Below are positions 1 to 11,269 of a DNA stretch of 64,000 nucleotides, in pieces. Location of the stretch: the NCBI GenBank assembly GCA_008690995.1, contig VRMN01000017.1:124001-188000 (forward strand), in the 5' to 3' direction. The position numbers and the translations under genes are program-made. The stretch comes from Porphyridium purpureum (lineage: Eukaryota). The notes below the pieces were generated by a model. It did not search any database. It worked only from the letters and a program-made list of their open reading frames with translations, and had not been told where the DNA came from. Numbering within the stretch: the stretch's first letter is position 1; each line of letters opens with the position of its first letter.

Positions 1-899
1 TCTTCAATGTTCTTCTCGGTACTGCCATGCTCAGGCGCGCGTTCATGCTCGAGCTCGTGCTCGTATTCATCCTCTTCCTCGTTTTCAACCAGCTTGGACA
101 GCGATGGAAGAGACAAGGTGATATCTCCTGGCGATGCCAGACCTTCGCATGCTTCTCCCAGCTCAGGATGACCCGTTCTGGACCCCATGGGGCCTTCCGC
201 AAGCCGGGCGCGAAAGTCGTACGTCATCTCGATGACGCCCGTGTGCTCATTTTGCAAGTGCTGCTGCGCGTTCCGCTGCTTGTCTGCACCAAGAGACAAG
301 CGCACGGTCTCGGTGGCATCTGCATCCGCCGCGTGAAATGCTCCATTGCCACGTGGAACGACTGCTCGCTGCACATCTTCGTCAACAAAGAGCAGTGGAA
401 GCCCACCTGTAAAGGTGACGGTGTCCTCGTCCTCTTGCACGACAGGCGGCGACGCGGCACGGAGCGGCAAAACATGCGCCGGCGCATACGCTGGATCGTC
501 GCTGTACACCTTGATCTGCTGGCCGCCAAACGAAACGCGGCGCTTATTTCCGCCGGCTGCGCCCATCGACTGCCGCCGCTTCAAGATTGGCGTGTGGCTT
601 GTGGCCCCTGGCAAGGTGAGGGTCATTGTCACATTATCGCGCGCCGCCGCCCTTGCCCTGGCTCCCTGCTGCTGCTGCTGCTGCTGCTGCATCAACGCGA
701 CCTTGGTCGCGCTCATCGCGCCCACGGCGTTCTCGGCGCCTCCGAGCGCGGCAACCTTCGTCGGAGTCCCCGCACTCACGTTTGCCTGCACTTCTCTCAA
801 CGCCGCGCGAGTCCGCTTGGACGGCGTCACGTCCAAATTCGCCGCCTTGGCGGGCACCATTCCGCCATCTTCACGCTCGTCGCGCAGCTCGACCTCCAT
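1..899 (-). CDS. KNL1: Kinetochore scaffold KNL1/Spc105-like protein, N-terminal part (runs off left edge)
   Basis: Manual minus-strand translation from ATG at 899 is open to the window edge: MEVELRDERE...RAALREVQAN...TPILKRRQSMGAAGGNKRRVSFGGQQIKVY...DITLSLPSLSKLVE. SILK-like (PILK) plus RVSF PP1-docking pair near the N-terminus is the KNL1 hallmark. Absent from the ORF track because no stop lies inside the window. Confidence 0.65.
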   Translation of the reverse strand, partial: MEVELRDEREDGGMVPAKAANLDVTPSKRTRAALREVQANVSAGTPTKVAALGGAENAVGAMSATKVALMQQQQQQQQGARARAAARDNVTMTLTLPGATSHTPILKRRQSMGAAGGNKRRVSFGGQQIKVYSDDPAYAPAHVLPLRAASPPVVQEDEDTVTFTGGLPLLFVDEDVQRAVVPRGNGAFHAADADATETVRLSLGADKQRNAQQHLQNEHTGVIEMTYDFRARLAEGPMGSRTGHPELGEACEGLASPGDITLSLPSLSKLVENEEEDEYEHELEHERAPEHGSTEKNIE

Positions 900-958
900 C
901 TCTACGCCGCGCAGCGTCTCTTACCATTCAACAGCAACCCTTCAAGCTCTCCCTCCAG

Positions 959-959
959 G

Positions 960-986
<27 letters not shown>
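959..986. repeat. (CT)n microsatellite upstream of the KNL1-like gene
   Basis: Direct CT dinucleotide run; similar CT/GA tracts lie upstream of other genes (e.g. about 7700-7727, 27613-27631). Confidence 0.9.
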
Positions 987-990
<4 letters not shown>

Positions 991-1521
991 TTCAGCCCTT
1001 GACCTGCTCGCGCCGCAAACCTGCACATGCGTAACGGCACCCACCCCACTCCCGCCTTCTTTCACCTACTGAAACGCCTGTTTTCTGCTTACGATTCAAA
1101 TTTTCAAAAAGAGGAGAAAAGATCTGACGTAATTTTGAACGCTGGCCGCGAGTGCGACACGCAGAGCGCGGAGAGAAAGAGAGAGAGAGAAGAGAGAGAG
1201 AGGAAGGTTTGCGGCTGCTGTCTTGAGCGCAACAGCATCGACGCCGTCTCGTTCGGCAGCGCTACGACGCGCGTCAAACCCGACAGACAGACAGACAGAC
1301 ACACGCACGCACGCATGGTCACACACCTTCAGTAAATACTGCACTCACGTGTGCGGATCAAAACCGCGCTCCAGCAGCGCCGCGACGGTCTTCCTCTTTA
1401 CCTTCTCTGTCTGTACTTCTCACCCGTACGCACGCACACGCGCTGGTCGATCGATCGCGATGCGCATTGTTGTTCAAACCCACGTTCTCAAAAGGACTTC
1501 TCGTCAGCCCAATTCCGTTCT

Positions 1522-1558
1522 GGTTCCGTATCGGTTCCGTATCGGTTCCGTATCGGTT
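1522..1558. repeat. 11-bp tandem repeat (GGTTCCGTATC)x3
   Basis: Seen directly in the divergent intergenic region. Confidence 0.85.
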
Positions 1559-2199
1559 TGGATCAGCTCATGATCAAACAGCAGCTGCTACATAGAGAGA
1601 AGTACAGTGTTGGGACGGATAGAGTACAGTTGGGAAGACGCCAACCTTGGATATGTTGGAGATGCCGAGGGGTGTGGTGGTGGGGGTGGACCTTTTGCTT
1701 GCTTCACTTGGTGCTGTGTGTGTCAGTGCGGGTGTGTGGACCGTCGACGAGCTTGGTTGATCGCTCCACGACAATTCGTGCGCCCTTTCACTGTTTCGCT
1801 CTCTCACTCTCTCACTCCATACTCTTTGTCCACAAAGATCGGCACAAAGAGAGTCAGCGCGTTGAGTTTCACGGAACGGCGCCGGTTTGTTGCCGCGACT
1901 TGGCACGCGCTCGTGGTGGCAACCGACAGTGCGCGGTATGAGTAGCAGAGCATGTTGCGTGCGACTCGGATAATACACCCACACGCATAAACACGCATAC
2001 ATCAGACGCGCAACGGGATATCCTCGTCCCCGTGTGCGGCACGTCGATTGCAATTGCGTCGAGCGCGGTTGCCGGGTTTTCGCGAGACCTCGTTCGACGG
2101 CGAGCGTGGTTGGTGTGCGTGGCGTGCAGCCGCGTGCGACGGTAAAGGTGGGGAGAGGCAGTGTGGTGACGGGCCGCGTGTGGTTGTGTGATATCCGCC

Positions 2200-3306
2200 A
2201 TGACGTCCAGTGAGGACGATCTGGAGATTCTGCGCATGCTTCCGTCGGATGACGACGAGAGTGACGACGCTCGCGCGAGCGCAAGCAGGACAGAGAAGCC
2301 CGCCACGAAGCCGCAGGGCGCGTTGACAAAGAACGTGTCTAGTGCCGCCGCAAAGACGCACAAGGCTCCCGGCGGGGTGGACACAAAGGCAAAGCCGCAT
2401 CCGAGGAAGCGGGTGTTTGTGGATGACGACGAGGACGACGAAACGGAAGCCGATGATGACGGTAATGATAAAGGCACGCGAGAGGACGACGAAGAGGAGG
2501 AGGTCGATGACGACGGCGATGAAGACGAGGTGAGCGAGGATGAAAATGATGAGGGCAGCGAGAGTGACGATGAAGGCGGCCCCAAAGACGAGGAGGAAGA
2601 GAAATTGACTCCAAGTGGAGGGTCAGAGACAGGCAACCAAACGAAGGGTGCGAAGATTTCCGAGAAGGTCAGCAAAGGCGCAAAGCCAGGGCCCAAGCCG
2701 CGTCCACCAACAGACGAGTATTATGACTCTGATTCTGACGAAGACGATTTCGAGTCGTACCGGAAGAGCGCCGCGAAGCGCGGGACAGCAAGGCAGCGCG
2801 CCATGCGCGGGCAGGAAGAGGCCGTGGACTTGCTTGACTTGGATATGCTGCACGCGCTGAACCCCCGACAACAACAGGCCCGAGCGGAAGGTGCGAGTGC
2901 GCGATCTAAATCGGCGACGACTGTAGAGCAGAGCACAGACCAGCGGGATCGGTTGGAGTTGAAGCGTGTGCAAGCGGCTCGATTGCGAGCGATCAATGCG
3001 GAAAAGAAACTGCAAGAGAAGCAGGCGGCGATTCAGGAAAAGGTGCTTCGCGGTGCGTCATCACGACGCCGGCGACAGGACGAAGAGGCGCGCCGGATGA
3101 ATGAGCCGGGTGGAATTATGGACACCTCGCTCAAGCCAGGCTACGTTCGCTACGTCTCCACGCGCACCGATGCCCGGATCATGTTTGCGCAAGGCTGCCG
3201 CGAGGAGGACGTGCCGCACGTGCTCCGTCGAAAGCTGGTCGCCGCGCCAACTTTGCCTCCGCAGTTTGCGCGGGACCCGCGCACGGGCAAGCGCATACTT
3301 CCTTGA
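2200..3306 (+). CDS. INO80 complex subunit B / Ies2-like (PAPA-1 region) with acidic N-terminus
   Basis: Asp/Glu-rich N-half. C-terminal ELKRVQAARLRAINAEKKLQEKQAAIQEKVL...PGYVRYVSTRTDARIMF...RDPRTG resembles the Ies2/INO80B coiled-coil + PAPA-1 segment. First ATG at 2200. Confidence 0.55.
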   Translation: MTSSEDDLEILRMLPSDDDESDDARASASRTEKPATKPQGALTKNVSSAAAKTHKAPGGVDTKAKPHPRKRVFVDDDEDDETEADDDGNDKGTREDDEEEEVDDDGDEDEVSEDENDEGSESDDEGGPKDEEEEKLTPSGGSETGNQTKGAKISEKVSKGAKPGPKPRPPTDEYYDSDSDEDDFESYRKSAAKRGTARQRAMRGQEEAVDLLDLDMLHALNPRQQQARAEGASARSKSATTVEQSTDQRDRLELKRVQAARLRAINAEKKLQEKQAAIQEKVLRGASSRRRRQDEEARRMNEPGGIMDTSLKPGYVRYVSTRTDARIMFAQGCREEDVPHVLRRKLVAAPTLPPQFARDPRTGKRILP

Positions 3307-3409
3307 ATGCTTGTAAGAGAGATGCGCGTTTGAATACGGCGTGGCACTTTAAAGGAACTGTACAGAGAAGATGGATGTTAATAGAGAGACACTCACTACT
3401 TTCATGAGC

Positions 3410-4612
3410 CTACTTGCGGCCTGTCATATCGCGCCACCAATCGGTCACGATCTCTCTCAGCGACCGGTCAGAGGACGGCGAGTACTTGGACATGCCGCCG
3501 TCGCCGCCACGGTAAAGGTCCTGGAAGACCCGGCGCTCGTCAAGCTGCACCTGATACTGCATACGAGCCTCCAGAGCCAGCCTGCGACGCACCGCGAAAT
3601 GCACGTTGTTCAGGTGGTTGGGCCGCGTTTCGTTCATGTATTGAAACAGAGCCATTCCGAACAAGGCACCGCCCAGGTGCCCTGCGTGGTCGACGATCTG
3701 CCAATGATTAAAGACACCCATCAAGTCAAACACCACCAGCCCGCGGCACAGAGATTGCAGGGTGGAGTCAAATCCGAGCACACGCACGCCTTGGTGCGGC
3801 GCGAGCTGCTCGTACCAAAATAGCATTGCCATGACACTGCCGGAAGCGCCCAGCGAGTGCGAGACTGTCTGGAAGCGGCGCCTGGCCAGCGTACTAGCGA
3901 TGCTGGACACCGCACCGCTGGCGACATACATGGTCACAAAGGCAGACGGCGAGTAAGTGCCGACACCTGCGGAGACCACGGGCCCGAAATGGCTCAAGAC
4001 AAACATGTTGCATGCCAAATGGATAAACGAGCTGTGCGAAAAGTTGGACGTGATCAGCGTGTGCATGTACTGCAACCGAAAGGCCAGCGTGCTGTTCGTT
4101 GAAAAATGCTTCAGCATGAAGCGCGCAGGAAGTACTTTCCAAGCCAGGTACACGCCGACATTCACCGCAATAAGCCCCAGCACGGGAGCAGCCGTCCGCG
4201 TATCGTTCACCAAGTCGAGTTCCCACGCACGAAAGACACGGAAACTTCGCCGAAGCACCTCATCGACCACATTCGCCAGTGAGATCGTCTGGAACTCATC
4301 GTCACCTCCATTCTCGTCTGGCGACGACGCCACCAATGATGTAACGCTCTGCGCATGCGATTGCTGAAATGCCCGTTGATCCGCGCGAAGCGGAACCGTG
4401 CCCGACGGCCTCGCACACAGGCTGCAAGGCGTTCCGGTTCGACATGAATCGTCTTCGTGGTGTGTCCCGTGTTGACTCCATCTAGAGACTGGTGACGGCG
4501 GCAGTGCCGCCGGTGATATCGACGGCAACGGCGACACCGATGATAATGCCCAGAGTGCTGCAGTGGCCGTCGTCGCTGCGCAACTCCACCTTTTCATCCA
4601 AATCCCAACCAT
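3410..4612 (-). CDS. Rhomboid intramembrane serine protease (PARL/Pcp1-like)
   Basis: FSHSSFIHLACNM, catalytic GASG and DHAGHLGG motifs with TM helices. Start uncertain (ATG at 4612 chosen; ORF extends to 4708). Confidence 0.9.
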   Translation of the reverse strand: MVGIWMKRWSCAATTATAALWALSSVSPLPSISPAALPPSPVSRWSQHGTHHEDDSCRTGTPCSLCARPSGTVPLRADQRAFQQSHAQSVTSLVASSPDENGGDDEFQTISLANVVDEVLRRSFRVFRAWELDLVNDTRTAAPVLGLIAVNVGVYLAWKVLPARFMLKHFSTNSTLAFRLQYMHTLITSNFSHSSFIHLACNMFVLSHFGPVVSAGVGTYSPSAFVTMYVASGAVSSIASTLARRRFQTVSHSLGASGSVMAMLFWYEQLAPHQGVRVLGFDSTLQSLCRGLVVFDLMGVFNHWQIVDHAGHLGGALFGMALFQYMNETRPNHLNNVHFAVRRRLALEARMQYQVQLDERRVFQDLYRGGDGGMSKYSPSSDRSLREIVTDWWRDMTGRK

Positions 4613-4706
4613 ATTCCCTGCTTGTGTTGGTTGACTGTGCGCTTCTCGAGACGAATAGCGTGCGACGTCTCGGATAGACCGCGCAAGGTGGTTTGAGGAA
4701 GGGACC

Positions 4707-6335
4707 ATGAAAGAACAAGTGAGGCTTGAAGTGACAAGAGCGCTTCCCGATGGCAGTCACCTCGAAGCCCCAGTCGCTGCCTTTGATATCGATGTCGAAA
4801 AGAGCGAGCAGGGCGAGCGCGCAGTGAGTGCACAGCAGATATGCGAGGTTGTGCAGCAAGTGACCGGTCGGCCGCTGCTGTTCTACGATCCGGGATTCAT
4901 GAACACGGCGGCCGCCACCTCGCGCATTACGTACGTGGATGGTGAGAACGGCGTGCTGCTGTATCGCGGCTATCCTATCGAGCAGCTGGCGGCGCGGTCG
5001 AGTTTCCTCGAGGTGGCCTACTTGCTTGTGTTCGGCGAGTTGCCGACGCGCGAGCAACTGCGCGAGTGGAGCGACGAGGTCATGCGCCACGCTTTTGTGC
5101 ACGAGGCATTGCTGGTTTATGAGCGGAAATTCAGATACAACGCGCACCCCATGGGAGTGCTGGTCGCCACGCTAGCTAGCATGAGTACGTACCATCCGGA
5201 CGCGAACCCGAGCTTGCACGCTGAAAACATTTTTGACCACCCGGCTGCCCATCCTGACCATGACGGCAAGCTGCTCACCCACGTGGCCAAGATTGTGGGC
5301 CAGATTCCGACGCTAGCGTCGCTGGCGTACCGGCACCGAATTGGACGGCCATACAACTACCCGATGCCATCGCTGTATGCCGACGAGCAAGATGACGACA
5401 CGGGACGCGCCTCAGGGACAGGATCTCGCAGCAAGATTTACGAGCAGGACGAGCGCAAAAAGTACGACTACACTCGCAACTTTTTGTACATGCTCGACCG
5501 GCTGTCTGAGCCGGATTACCAACCGAACGAAGAGCTCGTGCGTGCGCTGGACGTCTTGTTTATTGTGCACGCCGACCACGAGTTCAATTGCAGTACGTCG
5601 ACGGTGCGCCACCTGGCGAGCGTGCGAGTGGATCCTTATTCCGCATGCGCTGGCGGCGCGGCGGCGCTCTACGGCCCATTGCACGGTGGCGCGTCCGAGG
5701 GCGTGGTGCGCATGCTGCACCGCATTGGGGCCAAGGAGAATGTGCGCAGCTTTTTGGATCGCGTTATGGCCAAGGAGGAGCTTCTCGTTGGTTTTGGTCA
5801 CCGCATCTACAAGAACTACGATCCGCGTGCGCGTGTGCTCAAAGAACACGCACACAAGGTGTTTGAGCTCATGAAAAGCTCTGCGAGCGCGAGCTCGCGC
5901 GGCAGCGTTGAAGACGGTATGGGCAGCAGCGGTTGCAGCAGCGACGGCACCCAGCAACACACAGCTTCCACAGAGGTTCTGATCGACATTGCAGAGGAAC
6001 TGGAACGGTGTGCGCTCGAAATGCCATACTTTGTGTCGCGCATGCTGTATCCCAATGTTGATTTCTACTCGGGCGTCATTTACACTGCGATGGGTTTCCC
6101 ACTCGACATGTTCCCCGTGCTGTTTGCTATTCCTCGCGCGGTGGGATGGCTTGCGCACTACCGGGAGGTCATTCAAGACGACAACCTTTCCAACACGCGC
6201 AGCATTTGCAGACCCAGCGTGCTGTACGACGGAGACGATGCTGGGACCGCATCGCCGCAGAAAGCGCCCGAGGTGGACCACAGTCTTTTGAGCTCGCGGC
6301 GCCTTTTGTCACGGCGCTTATCGTCGCTGCCGTGA
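4707..6335 (+). CDS. Citrate synthase (bacterial/peroxisomal-type)
   Basis: YDPGFMNTA, ITYVDGENGVLLYRGYPIEQL, AHPM, HADHEFNCST, LYGPLHGGA, GFGHRIYKNYDPRA, YPNVDFYSG. Confidence 0.97.
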   Translation: MKEQVRLEVTRALPDGSHLEAPVAAFDIDVEKSEQGERAVSAQQICEVVQQVTGRPLLFYDPGFMNTAAATSRITYVDGENGVLLYRGYPIEQLAARSSFLEVAYLLVFGELPTREQLREWSDEVMRHAFVHEALLVYERKFRYNAHPMGVLVATLASMSTYHPDANPSLHAENIFDHPAAHPDHDGKLLTHVAKIVGQIPTLASLAYRHRIGRPYNYPMPSLYADEQDDDTGRASGTGSRSKIYEQDERKKYDYTRNFLYMLDRLSEPDYQPNEELVRALDVLFIVHADHEFNCSTSTVRHLASVRVDPYSACAGGAAALYGPLHGGASEGVVRMLHRIGAKENVRSFLDRVMAKEELLVGFGHRIYKNYDPRARVLKEHAHKVFELMKSSASASSRGSVEDGMGSSGCSSDGTQQHTASTEVLIDIAEELERCALEMPYFVSRMLYPNVDFYSGVIYTAMGFPLDMFPVLFAIPRAVGWLAHYREVIQDDNLSNTRSICRPSVLYDGDDAGTASPQKAPEVDHSLLSSRRLLSRRLSSLP

Positions 6336-6568
6336 ACGCCACGTCGCAGGAATTCCTGTACCACTCCGGACGCAGCGGGTAAGCCGGATGAGGCGTGGCG
6401 GAGAATATGCTCAGAGACGTCAGACCGTGACCGTGTGGCCGAGCCGGCGTCGGGGCTGTTCGTATGCAAAAAGTCAAGCCGCGCGGGCGACGTACGTTTC
6501 AATATACATCTTATTAGTACGCGTATCTTAAAAGTACAAGTACAATGGTTCGTCGCCAGCAGCCGAGG

Positions 6569-7563
6569 TTATCTCTGCCTAAGCGACTCTTCGAGAAGCC
6601 ACGTGTTGGGCACGGCTCCGTTGAGCTTGAAAAAGAACAGCTCCATCTTGCGGAAGAATCCAATCCGATCGAGAAACTGGTTGCACCAGCCGTTGACAAT
6701 GCAATAGTTTCCCTCGAACGGCGAGTTGTGATGCAGCCCGTGCACCTTTCGGGACAGGAGCACGCGCGCGTCCTGCAGCGCAACCACGAGGGCCGGCGGG
6801 TGCAGCATGTGCGCCCACTTGTGAATTTCTTGCGACATGATCACCGACACGAAGAACACGTTCAGAAACGTCATGAGCTCGGGCGCAATAAACGAGTTGC
6901 ACACGGCCATCAGTCCCAGCAGTGGCAGCGCTGGCACACACGCCTTGTGCACATTGTTGAACACGCCGCGCTCCGTAATGGTCCAGGGCGACTTATGGTG
7001 GCCCTGGAACGCGTCGATCTGGTACCCGAACACGGGCGTGTTGCGGTCGCCATAGTTGTCCACGCCCCAGTGGTACACGCCCGTCGCAAAGTCCGCAAAC
7101 GCGTACGCCACCAGCCCGGCGAGCCCGACAAAGCCGCACGACGCGAGCAGGTCCCAACTGTTCCCCGCGGCGCGCGCGGCGACGTGCCCAATGACCGTGC
7201 CGAGGTTAATGCACGCGAGCAGCGCGGCCGCGGCGCAAATTGCGACGTGCTTCGGCTCATCCTCCAGCGAGTCGCCCTCCGTATGCAACTCTGCGCGCCG
7301 CCGGCTCTTGCTGCCCTGGCCGCCACCTTTGCGCCCGCGCGCTCTTCGCTTGCCGCCCTGTCTGCGACCCGATCGTCCGTCCTGGCCATTTCCGGCACGA
7401 GCCGCGCGGGCCCCGCCGCCCGCTCCCCGCGCCATCCATTCCCGGGCGCCTCGCGACTCTCCGCCCCGCGCACCGCCACTGCCACCGCGCGCGGCCACAC
7501 ATCCACCGTCCCTCTTGTCCTCGCCCGTACCCCACTGCGCACCCCACTCGGCACAAACGCCAT
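6569..7563 (-). CDS. FAD4: Plastid fatty acid desaturase 4 (FAD4/TMEM189-Kua family); N-terminal transit peptide appears to be out of frame
   Basis: ADFATGVYHWGVDNYG, FQGHHKSPWTIT, QEIHKWAH, HGLHH..PFEGNYCIVNGWCN His boxes. MAFVPSG start at 7563 is in a different frame from the catalytic domain. Confidence 0.85.
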
Positions 7564-7695
7564 TCCAACCCCCATCCCAACCCCCATTCCCCACAGTATC
7601 ACACCCACTCCCACCAAGCTCTAACCCACGCTCCACAAACCAACACTGCCACCACCAACCCCTAGACCACTACCGACGTCAGCACTTCTCCCTCT

Positions 7696-7732
<37 letters not shown>

Positions 7733-8929
7733 GTCCCTCTCCCCACGCCTTCTTCCCCGCCTCTCATTCTCTCCCTCTCTCCCTCGCAGTTCATCTTCCA
7801 CCACAAACCCTAACGCCGCAGCGGTACAGCTCTCTCTCTCTCTCTACCAAACCCGCGTCCTTTCCTAGATCCGTTCGCTCGCCCCTTCAGGCTCACCCGT
7901 GCGCATTCCTCTGCAATGCGGAACGCGTTCAACTAAACCGGCGCGTATGACTCAGAAAACAGCGCCGCGGCAATGCGAACGTCTCAAACCGCTTGGCTCG
8001 CACTGTACTATATTGCACCGGTTGTGCATAAACCACACGCGTTTTGATAGAGAACGCGGACTGTACACTACGAATCCGTGCGTCTGTGCGGTGGCGTAGG
8101 GTTTGTGGCGCGGAGTGAGGCGAGTGGGTGGGGCATTGGACAAGGGGTGGGGTGAGTGGTTGATGGGGCTGAATGACTCGGGCTGGATGGGTAGATGCAT
8201 GTCTGCGGCGATGTGGTGTGGTGGTAGTGGTGGATGATGGATGACACGGCGCGGGCTCCTGTGTCGCGGCAGGTGAGCAGTCGCGGTGGTGCAGGCACAC
8301 GTATCAGCGTGCGTGCGTGCGTGAGATTCGGCGCTGCACGAACGCTAAACCGAAAGGTGTGGCGCCCCTCGCGCCAAGGAGCTAGCCACGCTGTCAGAAA
8401 CCGATAAACCGGTCGGTCACAGAAGCGGCGCCGCGAGAGGGCGCGCAAACGCCAGATGGTTGTGTGTCACGCTGGGTGCGCATTTGGTTATCGGCGCGCG
8501 CTGGTTGCCTGGGAGCACTCCACGACGCAGCTCCCTTCTGTCGTCGGAAAATTGGAGCGCTCAACAGCCCGCTACTCGTCGTGTTTGGCAAGGTCACAAG
8601 GAGCCGAGCAAGGGTCCTGCGCAGAACTGCCGAAGGACGCGGCTCAGCCGGGAATGAACGCGAGATGTGTCACTCGCGTGCAGCACGCGTGCTTCTTGTT
8701 GTGGCGAGAAGGGCGGGCGTCGCAGCGCGTTCACAGCGACACCACCCAGTCGAGTGGCTGACTAGCTGCGCCAGCTGACTGCCCATTTGTGGATGCGGCA
8801 CTGTACCGTAGAGGAGGGATATGGTACAGTGGATGCACGGTTTTTGGGGTGGCGAGGCGGAAGTGAGAGGAGGAAGATTGGTTGCGACGGGGAGGAGGAA
8901 GAGGAACAGTGTGAAAGTGGGTCGGAGGG

Positions 8930-10365
8930 ATGAAGGAGGAGCCCGGTGCAGCTGCGTCGGCGGCGGCGGCGGACGTACTGCCGGATGCGCATATGCAGTA
9001 TGAGGATGGGATGATTGGTGCGGGGGTCGGGTCGGCCGAGTCGGCAATGGCCGACGCCGAGGTGAACACGCATGTGGCGGCAATGCTGCACGATCACGAG
9101 CAGCTGCAGCGCGGCCGCGCGCATGCGCATGATCATGAGGATGAGCATGATATGCATGCGCTGCCCGGGATTGGCAGCGCAGAGGAGGCTGTGGCGGCGG
9201 CTGCGGCGGCTGCCGCCGCGGCCGACGCCGCAGAGAGGGCGGCTGCGGCTGCATCGCGCGCCCGCCCGCACAGCATGAGCACACGCGCGAGACACAAGCA
9301 CACCCTGCGCAGGCACGGGAGCGGCAAGAACTAGCGCAGCAGCAGCACGCAGCTCGTGCTCGCCACTCGGGGCCTCCAGTGTTCTCGGCGGAGCCGTCCG
9401 CGTCTCATCAGTCGAAGCGGCATGAACACACAGAGCAGGCGCGCAGTGGAAGCCCGCGAGCAGCAGAAGCGCTAAACACACTGATGACGCGAAGTGGCGC
9501 CTCTACTCGCGCGGCGAACGGTGACCCAGCCGGCAAGCCGGCAGGAACAAAGCGGAAGCGCGCATTCACGTACGATCATGCGCGCCACTCGGTGCGGCTT
9601 GGCTTGCGCGTCGGAAAAAGGGACAAGCAGTCGGGCGCGCCCATCAATGTGGTTTGCCTTTTCTGCGAGCATTTGGGCCGCGAGCTGACGCCCGTGGAAA
9701 TCGAGGACGAGGAGCGCGAGCGCCTGGATGCGAACGGCCCTGCGTCGAGCGGCGGGGAGGAGAAGCGGAAGGCAAAGCGGAGAAAAACGGGCGTCGAGTT
9801 CCTTGTGCGGAGCTTCTATGTGGGAAACGTCAAGAGACATCTGGAAAGATGGCACCGCACCGCATTCGCCGAGTACGAAAGGCTGTTCCGATCCGGGGGC
9901 GAGCGCGCGGTCGCCAGGTTCTTTGATCCTGCGCCTCCCGTGACAGTCGTGACGGGTTACGGTGAGGATGCAAATATGTTCAGCACGCACACCCCAAGTA
10001 TGCCTGTGGAAAGGTGCGAGCAGGCCGAGCGACCCGTGCATGCGCCAAAACCAGAGCACGAGCCGGTGCACTGTCACGCGCAGCAACCAGTCGGTGGAGG
10101 CGAGATGGAGCAGGAGTTTGAGTCACCTGGCAGTCATGAACCGGATGCGTACTCGACGGAATTCCAGAAACTGTGCGAGCGGGTGGGGGAGCAGGAGCTC
10201 TCATTTGAGCAGGTTGCCGAGCTCGTTGCCAAGGTGGCGGAGAAACCCGAGATCTATCCGCTTGTGCTCGCAAAGCTTCCGGAGCATGATGTGCGTGGGA
10301 CAGGCAGGACGAGCCTGAACACCTTTGTGTCTGCCTTGAGCTTTTTGAAGCACCATCTCGTGTAG
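8930..10365 (+). CDS. Zinc-finger (CxxC...H...H, BED-like) protein; probably one gene split by a frameshift near 9260
   Basis: ORF 8930-9334 plus the frame containing 9379-10365, which is open from at least 9241. Motif KRKR...VVCLFCEHLGRE...FYVGNVKRHLERWH. Confidence 0.6.
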
Positions 10366-11269
10366 GTTGCTGTGGGCGTCCGGTGGCGGAGTGGCGAGGT
10401 GCTGAACGGCGAGGAAGCGCTGGACGCTCTCCCACTGCCCTGATAAAAATGTGTACATAGGCACGAAAGTGAGTAAAGTTAAATTTTTTTTATTTGGGTG
10501 TGGCTGAGCATGCAGCCAGGGAGTGCACTCGAGACCCACAGACAGGTCCTAACTCTTATCCTGGATTTGAAAGACCGTTACGCTTTGAGGCCTGAACTTT
10601 GACCGATAGAGCTTTAACGCCTGATCTCTGAGCCTTGAAAATTGAGCTCTGAGCTTTTATATGAAGTTGAGCGAATGCTTTTCGCATTGCGCTCCTCAGC
10701 GTGTCTGTGAATACCGAAAGCTTCGCATGCCCAGCCACATTTGCCAAACGCCTACCACGCAGCCATCACGACCACGCTCGACACGTGGCCCGCGCACGCC
10801 TACGCGTGCCCCACCACGCTCCCTCCCGATAAACCTTTTCTCCTCTACTCCCTCTTCCCCTGCCTCCGTCCCTCCGTGCCTCCGTACCTCCGTCTCCCCA
10901 CCCGTATTTATACCCGCTGCGCACAGCTCACACTCGCCCAAAACACCCCCACAGAAAATCGCCCATCGCGCCGAAAACCCGCGATGAAAATCATAAAACA
11001 GCGTGAATTTATGATACACGCCCGTTTCCAGCCGTGCCTTGTCACCTCCATCATCGCTGGCGTGGGGGGCGGGTGTCGAATTGGCAACAAGGATGACATC
11101 TGAATGCGAACGAGGATCGTCCCGAGCCATTTGCCGTTCGCAATCACACTTCGCACACTTGGTAATGCCTGATTCGCAGGTTGTCACTCACAATTCACTA
11201 TGTCCACGTGGTTGACGTTTTCTTCGCGGAAACGACGAGTGAATTGTGAAGATGACAGAGGAATGATAC

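Noticed and set aside
27..1034. 335-aa plus-strand ORF and overlapping ORFs
   Set aside because: Antisense shadows of the minus-strand KNL1-like frame; no recognisable motifs
11161..11182. GGTAATGCCTG...CGCAGG resembles the 3' half of a TPP riboswitch
   Set aside because: The required upstream CTGAGA and ACCTGA/P4-P5 pairing partners are absent, and the neighbouring genes are not thiamine-related
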